Assembly (NCBI GenBank): GCA_965649765.1
Contig: OZ287748.1
Coordinates: 34,286,001 to 34,350,000, forward strand
DNA: 64,000 bases
Source: Bispira polyomma
Taxonomy: Eukaryota
Reading direction: 5' to 3'
The position numbers and the translations under genes are program-made. Positions 13,826 through 22,886 of the stretch are shown here, one piece after another (within the stretch, counting starts at the first letter, position 1; every line of letters starts with the position of its first letter). Below the pieces are notes generated by a model, which searched no databases, was not told the origin of the DNA, and worked only from the letters and a program-made list of their open reading frames with translations.

Positions 13826-14060
13826 GTTTTTTTTATCAGGCGCAGCCTGATATTGTTTTCATTCTGAAATGAGCATTTTAGAAAATATGTAAGGCTTTTG
13901 TGGATTGGTTGAAAGTAATTGACTAGACAAAACCCAAGAGGTATGTCAGATTTATTGCTATCAGGCACCACTTGGGGACTGGGACTATATATAATGGTCA
14001 TCAACATTAGGGTATTTCACACTGTACGCCTGTATCTTTTTTAAAAGACAAACTCTTATT
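13826..14060 (+). mobile_element. Helentron/HINE-like element, family 1
   Basis: Poly-T, then the palindrome TATCAGGC-GCA-GCCTGATA, a core shared with the 8.1 kb and 55.6 kb copies, a TACGCCTG subTIR, a hairpin and a CTCTTATT end. Confidence 0.7.
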
Positions 14061-14119
14061 TTAAGACCTAAAAGAAAGAATGCAGGTGGAAAATATGTCG
14101 CTTGAAAAAAATATGGCTT

Positions 14120-14345
14120 GCAGTGGCATAGCGGCTAAAAGCATTTGCCTTATGGTCAGTTATGTCTCTTCTGCGAGAACAGTGTTAGGGATCCAGCATT
14201 TTCAGTCATTTGGAAGCGAATGTTGGGGACTTACCTTCGGTCTGTGATTTTACAGTATTAATATGGATCAATATATGGATCAATATATCTGCTCTTTGCC
14301 TTGTGGTATTATCTAAGACTATCGAAAATGGCATAAAACCTCAAG
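14120..14345 (+). mobile_element. Degenerate tRNA-derived SINE
   Basis: GCAGTGGCATAGCGGCTAA head and GAAAATGGCATAAAACC tail. Confidence 0.5.
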
Positions 14346-14831
14346 GTCCCCAACAAACTCCAACACAAATGGTGGAGAAGTCAAAACACGCCACACAATC
14401 AGATTAACAAATAGAGAATTTATTTAAAAACATATGCATCCTCAGTAAGTTTGTTTATCGCCCATTTATGCATTTCTGTGTCACAACTGTTCTGTGCAAG
14501 GTCTCTGAAATAATTTAAAGTTATTCAGGTTTTCATTGAGGAGACTGATTGGGAAAAATGTTTTCAAACCGTCTAGGGTAGTCGTATCACCTGGCCGCTT
14601 ATAGAAAGAGATATAAACCTGACTAAATTCAAATACATGGCATCCAGGCTATTTCAGAGACCTTGTCACCCAGTAAACATTACAGTCAAAGGTTGGCTAT
14701 ATGCACATCAAAAACTTACTTTTATAGTAAAATACTGATACTACTATATGCTACTTCTATATGTTTCACATTTCAAATATTAACCTGTACATATCATCCT
14801 AGTCATATAAGGTTACTTCAGATCAAGATTA

Positions 14832-14833
<2 letters not shown>

Positions 14834-14885
<52 letters not shown>

Positions 14886-15046
14886 GGTTTAACGTCACTT
14901 TCAACTCATTGTATTGGTCATATCACGACGGGCAGTTTTACTGGTGGGGAAAAGAAGTGAATACTAGTTCGTTGAGATTATGAGCTGTAAACCAACGGGC
15001 ATGGTCAGGTAACTTACAACCTTCCCACCGAAATATGAGGGCCACC
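14834..15046 (-). mobile_element. SINE family B copy with an (AATC)n microsatellite tail
   Basis: (GATT)n at ~14834-14884 abuts GGGGTTTAACGTCACTTTCAAC, the reverse complement of the SINE tail, followed by the body. Confidence 0.75.
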
Positions 15047-16013
15047 AAAAATATTATAAAACTTCCAAATCTGTAATTACTATGACATTAGAGAAGCCAC
15101 TTGTTTTTCATACTAAATATATATATATACACATGTAAGATGCCATTTTTATAGCCTTGCTTAAGGCACCAGTTTTGCTATATGATAAATTAGTCTTAAA
15201 ATATAAGAAATCTAATTGCTGAAATGCAAACTTGAATGACATAATGTGCTCTGAGATCTCTTGCATCACCACATTTAGAAATTTGTCTTTACATACTTTA
15301 AGGCTGTGTCCCACTTTTACGCCCTTAACAAGCGATTTTAGGCAATCTATGCATCCTACAATTCGCACTGGGTGACACTGGTCGCATTCGATTTCTAGCT
15401 TTCGCCCACATACAATAAGCATTCTCAACTACCCCTTAACTCGAATACAACTTGTTTACTATGCGAATAATGCGACAATAATGATCTCAAAAAACCAGCT
15501 TATTTTAAATTATCTCACATCATATGACTTTAAAATCACCTTACTAAGATGAAAGATAAATGTTGTATGTGTATTTGAGTATTTTTTGATAATCAAGACA
15601 ACCTTGAGAAGCTTCCATGGGGTCTAATTAGGTGTCCACAGGGCAAACATTGTTCTATGATAACTCCACTGCGGTCATCCTTATACAACCACTGTGTCTG
15701 ACCCTTGAAGTGGCAATGTATGGGCAACTCAAACTTACAATTTTAACTGAATCTCCCATTCTGTTTGCTGTTGGCTTGTCTGGTTTGTGAAATGCATGTG
15801 TACCGCAAACACGCTAAATTCTGCCTTTTGTAATCGCATGCATCTTAGGCAGTTTAAGGTTAGGCATATCATGTGCTAAGGGTTGTACACAAATACTAGG
15901 ATATCTAAAGGTATTTTCTTGCCTTCTTGCTACTCACCTCGCTAGAGTGTGCAAATGTCTTCAGATTGGACATCCTGAGAATACTTTGAGAATTTATTTC
16001 AAAACTCACAAGA

Positions 16014-16240
16014 GGGCCGTGGTGGCCTAGTGGTTAGAACTACCTGCTTCACAATTACTGGCCTCTCACCAATGTGGGTTTGAATCCCCTTCATTCCTGC
16101 ATGTGGTAAAGCTTGTCAGATACTTAATATAGGTCAATAGCTTACGGTGTTTTAGCACTGCACATGCTTTCTTCCACCATTGATTCTGAGCCCTGTACGA
16201 CTACCTAAACTGTTACGAGCGACGTAAATTCAAATTAATT
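16014..16240 (+). mobile_element. tRNA-derived SINE, family A (full length)
   Basis: GGGCCGTGGTGGCCTAGTGGTTAG head, GGGTTTGAATCCC B-box, conserved body and GCGACGTAAA tail. Confidence 0.85.
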
Positions 16241-17175
16241 TAAAAATTCACAAGATACTTGAGCCTGAAGCAAGGCTAACTGCTGCCCATTCTTTTTCTC
16301 AATGGCCCGATCACTGGGAGAGTTTAAAATAATTTGGGAGATGTAGATTACATTAGGTCTGTATTAACAGCCTCACACACGAGCCGGTGCTGTCGTCCAA
16401 ATTGAGAATTATGTGACCAAGAATCAAGTGGAGATTCCTAGAAGTGGATGGCAAAGTGATACAGGGGTATTTCCATATGGTCCTCCCTAATTCGATTTGT
16501 AGTGGAACGAGCAGATGGGTTCTAATGAGAAAAACGGCTGAGACTGGGAGAGAGATGGAAAGCAAGAGGAGGGGAAAGAGCAAATCTGTCCCGTATGCAG
16601 ATGATATAGATGTAATGGCTAGAGGGGTTTTTGTTGTCGAAAATATTATATACATGATATATGTATATGATGGGTATTGTTCATGGTCTTGTATGCAAGA
16701 TGCTCTTTATTGAAAAAAAACAATTAATTATGAACCCGTTCGTGAACTTGAAAGCATATTATTTTCTATAAAGAATTTTATATGCTAAAATAATGTTGCA
16801 GTTGCACAATAAAAAAATTGTGAAAGTTATCATTTACAATTTTAATCAATGTACTAAATAAAATAGGCACATTTCGTATTATACAGAAATAGGACATTTA
16901 GCATGCAATGGTAGCATAATTGTGAGTTGTTACTGTTTTAGAAATGTCACATAATAAAAATAAGATATGTTTGTTTATAAAGTACAATGTACATCGGTAT
17001 ACGTTCTTATGTAAGAACGTGCAATGAGATGAAATAATGCCAAAGTGTTCTGATCATGTATCTGAATGTACAAAATATGCTGCAAACAAAATGAAAAAAA
17101 AAAAACTGCCTCTCCTTTTCTGTTTTCATGTTGTTTCCCTCTGATAGAAGGTTAGAAAATTACCAAGACACCGTT

Positions 17176-17181
17176 TTTATT
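17176..17181 (-). promoter_or_regulatory. Candidate distal poly(A) signal of Pou4 (AATAAA)
   Basis: TTTATT on the + strand, with a U/GU-rich tract downstream on the minus strand (~17105-17085). It ends a repeat-poor AT-rich block that starts at the stop codon. Other AATAAA candidates exist. Confidence 0.4.
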
Positions 17182-20100
17182 CATTACATTTAATAATAAA
17201 TAATCTTGAACAGTAATTAGTATATTAATTTATGAAAACAAAATATCGTTTGAAAAATGTCTCTGACAATATAAATACAATTAATGAACATATAATGGTT
17301 AATTTAATACAAGCAAAAGATATACAAGTCATTTTTTTAAAGTGGGTAGAAGCTGTAACATTCTAATTTGTGGGTTGGACATCTGGGTATGCAACTTTAC
17401 TCAACTGCCTTCTATTTTAGAACTGGATTTTAGTCATTTGGCATGAAATAAAATATGACAACAGTAAAGTTTTTAAAACTTTATTACTTTCATATATATA
17501 TATATATATATATGTGTTACTTGAAACTATATATGGATACAAAATTGAATGAAATGTACAGTATTAACAATAACACAAGTGATATACATGATTTATATTA
17601 TAAATATTAGAAATGTGATCCTAAACAAAGTACAGTTACTATTTTAACTCTCTTTTATAGATATAAAAAGAGAGATTGGTGTAAAACCTTCAGTTCTTCA
17701 AAATACTCTAAAAGTATGGTATCCAAATTACACAATTTTAATCAGCCAGTGTTTATGAAAAAATTAAATTAATGTGTCATTTGCATAGAATATTTGGTAG
17801 ACATATTAAAACCAATATTTTTCTGAACAAATAGAATTTTCTGATGCATTTTAACCAAACTAGATTTCACTCTCATGCAAAAATAAATACATTCCAGATT
17901 TTAATGAAAAAAGTCAATTCTAATTTTCCTTAATTTATTAACAAAATATGCGCCTCTGTTTCTATTTCCAAACACTAACTCCAACCACAACTCATTATGA
18001 CACCAAAAATCCTTAAAGATAAAAAAATTATGTTGAAAACCTATTAAATACCTAATTGTACTGTACAAAACAATTGTTTTGATTACAATGCCCCCCTCTC
18101 AGTACTTTGGCCAGACATTGCTCTCTGCTAATCATTGATATCAAGAGCCCAGAGTACTTACTACTACTACATATACAACTACATAACCAGACCAAAGGAA
18201 TGTATTAATGCCAGACAGCACAGGAGGAGGGGATACATGAATTTTTAAACATCAAAACAAACTCGACCTGTATTTGAATATTTTATAAGGAGAAAAATCC
18301 ACAGTAGGATGGAGAGGGGGGGAGGGGAGGGGTGTGTTCTGTTATGGCTTTGGCTCACCCCACTAGTACTACTCACTAGTTGTAGTACTACAGTAGCCAA
18401 TTCAATAATGATCCTACTCTTACTAAGTAGAGCAGACTAATAAATGTGTCCTAGAAACAAAAATTCTTATTTGGGGTGTAAAAAATGCAAGGCAGGTGTA
18501 TAAATAATTAAAACTACACGATGTACATATTTTTGTGTAAAACCCCTTCTATATTATCGCCGCCTTACATCTCGTCATATAATATCAATTACCCCAATGG
18601 ATACATTTGTGTTGTGTGGGGGTAGGGGGATGATAATGAAAACTGTTTGAAATTATGGTTTTAAAATAACTTAATTAACTGATCACCTTGTAAGATCTTC
18701 ATTATATTTACACATTAAACAAAATGATTTTTTTGTTCATTTTGTCTGAATGGTGTGTAATTTGTAACAGAAGGCTTTCTAAAGTTACTATCTTGACGTC
18801 AATGAAGCAACTTTTTGTTACATTATATACACATATATATATTGCTAACCTCTGTCACAATTCACTAATAAATTCAAAATGGAAAAAGATCAGTGTATTT
18901 TCATACACCAGTAGTTTATAACTGTACTTTTTTTAATGAACACATGATAACATACATCGCAATGTTGATAACATAAATACATGCACTATAAGTATATTTC
19001 ATTTCTGCCTAGTGTTTTGGGCAAATATTCAGTTTCCTGCTAATTTAACCAGATGGAAGTAGTAAAAGTCAACATTTTTCTTACAACTTATTAGAGTATT
19101 GGATTTTAAAGGTCAATGATCATGTTTTATGTTTCACACACAAAGACTGATATTGGAGCAGCAAACCAGCTTATTGTTAGAGTGATCAGAGAGTCAGATT
19201 AAATGTGACTTGTAAATGGCCTCAACTGGTAGTCCTATCAGCTGTTATTTTAACAACAATGGTTTGACAGGAGGCTGGGGTGTCTGTATAGTGAGAAACA
19301 GAGAGGGATATTCTGCGCAAGTTCTTCTCTTTTTATTGTCCATATGTGCATGGATTTTTGTAATTCAGATTCAGATACGGGAAGGGGGGGGGGGGAATAA
19401 AATATACAGTTACTCTCTATAGTAATGTTTACTGCTATTCCTGCTAAATTGTAAATACAACAGTTTTAAATTGATATATATAACAAATCACTGGTAAAAT
19501 AGTGACTTCTGTCAAATTATTGGTGAGTTTTCTATTTAGATATATTACCTTTTACCTTTGTTTTTGGGCAGTGAGATGCATGTGACTTTTAGTAGCTATT
19601 TTAGCTGAATACCTACCCCCCCCCCCCCCCCCCCCCCTTGTCAACACATCTTAATATTGTCAGAACTTTCTTAAATATTTTCTGTATTAATTGAGTGTTT
19701 TATTTGGCCAAGAACAACTCTTCACTCATTAAGTCCATACATTAAAAAAGATATTAACATATCCCTTATTTAACAGGGTCTGAATGGTATATAACAATTC
19801 TTGTTGCTGTCTCTAGTATAACACTGACACCAAACCCACAGAAACTATTCACTGGTTCTACTCAGAATACTGAAGATGGCAATAGTTAGCAAACTACTCT
19901 AGCACTAGAACTGGTTGCAAAACAACACATATGCCGTGGCTATGAAAATAATATAATAACTGATAAAACTAGTGACTAGAACAGTGATTGTATAAATATA
20001 CATATTAGACGAATTAAAATCTGGTAATTATCTTAAAGATATCATTAAAAAAAACAACTGTCGCCATATGTCTAAGTCTTGCAAAAATATAAGCAAACAA

Positions 20101-21758
20101 TATTTATGAAATCCTTGATGCATACATTTTTATATATACATGTCTTTCAGACATATATAGATATATAGCATCCTGTGATTTATACCTATTACAAAGATAC
20201 AAAGATAACAAGAATATAAATTAGATATAGATAGATGTATATGAAGTATAGACTTGCTTTAGTTCATACTCTCCAGGTTAAAATTAAAAAAATACATATG
20301 AATGTAAATAATATCAAGAGTGAAGTGGTTGATTTGACTCATGTAAACCTGTTTAATATTTCAAGTGTAGTTTTTAAGCTACTTGATATTATGGGTAAAA
20401 TAAGAATATATAATAAGAGTATTTAAAAGGGAGAGCTTGATACAATTATGTCAATGTGAATGATAGACATACAGGTATTTTTAAGGTTTTATAAAACATT
20501 AGACTAATTCTGGTAGTACCAGTTCAAAAGCTGTTGTAAATCAGTTCACATGAAATATGTTAACACCTTATATTCTGGAGAGAATATATCGAGTATATGT
20601 GAGCTTATTTATGATATATCTTAAATTTTCTAATAATTTCAGACATAGAGAATGAATATTACAGCTTTGAATTCTGAAAACAAAACCAAAAGTAACCAAC
20701 TAATCTTTCATGTAGACATGTACTGTATTGATAATGTCATGAGTCCTATATGGTTGAACAAATCCTTCCTAAATCAAGTGAATATAAGAAATTGGTGACT
20801 AGGTGTAACTAACTAGATATTGGTAGGATTTGGTAAGACATATTAACATATGTAACATAATGGACATCTTTAAAATCAACATTGCAAAGTTCTACAATCC
20901 TTTTGCAAATGCTACATATTTCACATGACAAAAAGGTCAAAACATATTTGACATGAACAATTGTCAAACATGTTAAACACACTTATGAATTTTCTTATAT
21001 GTTAAAATCCTAAAAGTGTATACTATTTTATAGATGTAGTATTCCTGACTTTGGGGCAATTTACTTCATAAACAAATATAAATTAACATTTCATTCAATC
21101 TTAATGTTTTACACTAATACTGAAAAAAAAAAAATTTGACTCATTCTGTAATTCTTGTAAGAACAGAAAACATACACATGTAAAACATACTATTCTGACT
21201 AGATTCAGTATGACTAGCTTTGAAATGCAATATCCCTTGACTAGAGCTACAAAAATTATATTAATTGTATATTATACAAGGACCATTTTAGGCTATGGAT
21301 AATATGAGGAAATGTGTATGGTTAATGTAAATATTATATTATAATACACGTAATACCAATTGGAATGTTAAACTTGGAACTTATGTTAATTATGTTAAAT
21401 GAATGGATAGAAGTCTGTCAGACAGCATCAGGAATGTAAAAAAGTAAGTTTTATAACTGGGGAAATATTGTTCACTAGTACAGTCTTAATATAATAGATG
21501 ACATGTCTTGTTAAACTGCATTACAGTCGGGTTTTTTACTAAATGTCGAAGCCACTATTGCAAGATTTATTTTTGAAACAATTTTAGCACTTCTCTATGA
21601 CGTTGATAAGGTCAGTGTGCAAAAGAGGTGTAATGAACCTTCTCAAACCACAAACCCTGACACCCACAACACTGTACACCCACCCACCCACACCCCATAC
21701 CCTCCTCCCACTTAATATACTCTCAATAAAATCAATAAATGCAAACCCCCATCACCCC

Positions 21759-22886
21759 CTAGGAATGAGCTACAGGCGAGTGTTGTCCTTGTACTGTAGC
21801 TGAGAACTTCATTCGTTTCTGTTTCTGTCTCTGGTTACAAAACCACACCCTCACCACGTTCTTCTTCAAGTCTAATTTCTCTGCAATCTGTGCAATCTTT
21901 TCTCCAGATGGTCTTGGCTGAATGGCAAAGTAGGCTTCCAAGGAGCGCTTCTCTGGTGCAGCGATAGATGTGCGCTTGCGTTTCTTTTCTGCGTTAGCAT
22001 ACGCCTCTGAACTCGCCTTGGCCTGTCTGGCTGCAGTCTCTGCCTCTTCCAGCCATGTTTGTAGCACGGGTTTCAGGGCAATCATATTATTATGGCTCAG
22101 TGTCAGCGACTCAAACCGACAGATTGTGCTCTGACTTAAGGAGCCCACCCCAGGGATTTTCAGCTTACCCAGAGCACACCCCACATCGGCCTGTGTCACC
22201 CCTAATTTGATCCGCCTCTGCTTAAAGTGTTCAGCAAATGCCTCCAATTCTCTGGGGTCAGAGTCCATTTCAGGGTGCTGCTGCTGCTGTTGCTGCTGTT
22301 GGCTATGGGGATGACTGGGTGAGATGGAAGCACTAGGGGGCTGTGGTGTGACCCCAGTGTGACTAGTTAGAGAACTCAGAGTTAAAGAGGTTTGAGATAT
22401 AAGTTGTGGATGTTCCATTGGTTGTTGTGTATGTTGTTGCTGCTGTTGTTGTGTATGTTGTTGTTGTGTATGTTGTGTGTGTTGCTGTTGTTGTTGACTT
22501 TCAGGTGACACTGACATAGCAGTGCTCAGGTTATTGGACACACTCATTGGGGAGTGGGCGTAAGAGTTCATTGAGTACATTTGAGCTGTATGTCCGTGTG
22601 TAGATATCCCAAAGCCATTGTGCTCCGGAGCTATCCCTCCCATGGGCATATGTACACTGCTAAGCTGTTCTAACATAGACTCGCCCATATGTGGTCCAAA
22701 GCCGGATAATGACAACTGTCCCCTGGATGGTGGCATGTTGGGATTATGAGGAGGCATGTCGGCATGACCGAAGGGACCCTCTGTCCGAATCATGTGATTG
22801 GTGGAGGTAGATTTGCTGATATCTGAGGCAGCCAGGGCCTCTGCCCTGGCCAGAAGGTTGTCTTCCATGGTTCCATAGAGGTTACC
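21759..22886 (-). CDS. Pou4: POU class IV homeodomain transcription factor, coding exon 2 (POU-IV box C-half, POU-specific domain, homeodomain, TAG stop)
   Basis: Acceptor tgttttgtttctag|GGT AAC. Encodes GNLYGTMEDNLLARAEALAA (POU-IV box), DPRELEAFAEHFKQRRIKLGVTQADVG...SQSTICRFESLTLSHNNMIALKP (POU-specific domain) and KKRKRTSIAAPEKRSLEAYF...VVRVWFCNQRQKQKRMK (class IV homeodomain). Confidence 0.98.
   Translation of the reverse strand, partial: GNLYGTMEDNLLARAEALAASDISKSTSTNHMIRTEGPFGHADMPPHNPNMPPSRGQLSLSGFGPHMGESMLEQLSSVHMPMGGIAPEHNGFGISTHGHTAQMYSMNSYAHSPMSVSNNLSTAMSVSPESQQQQQHTQHTQQQHTQQQQQQHTQQPMEHPQLISQTSLTLSSLTSHTGVTPQPPSASISPSHPHSQQQQQQQQHPEMDSDPRELEAFAEHFKQRRIKLGVTQADVGCALGKLKIPGVGSLSQSTICRFESLTLSHNNMIALKPVLQTWLEEAETAARQAKASSEAYANAEKKRKRTSIAAPEKRSLEAYFAIQPRPSGEKIAQIAEKLDLKKNVVRVWFCNQRQKQKRMKFSATVQGQHSPVAHS

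Noticed and set aside
16014-16090. tRNA genes at SINE heads
   Set aside because: A and B boxes are present, but there is no closed cloverleaf and each continues into a shared SINE body.
21390-21460. A mir-1 gene on the + strand
   Set aside because: No complementary 5p arm is present nearby to form a pre-miRNA hairpin, and position 1 and the 3' end differ from mature miR-1. It is better explained as a target site on the Pou4 mRNA.
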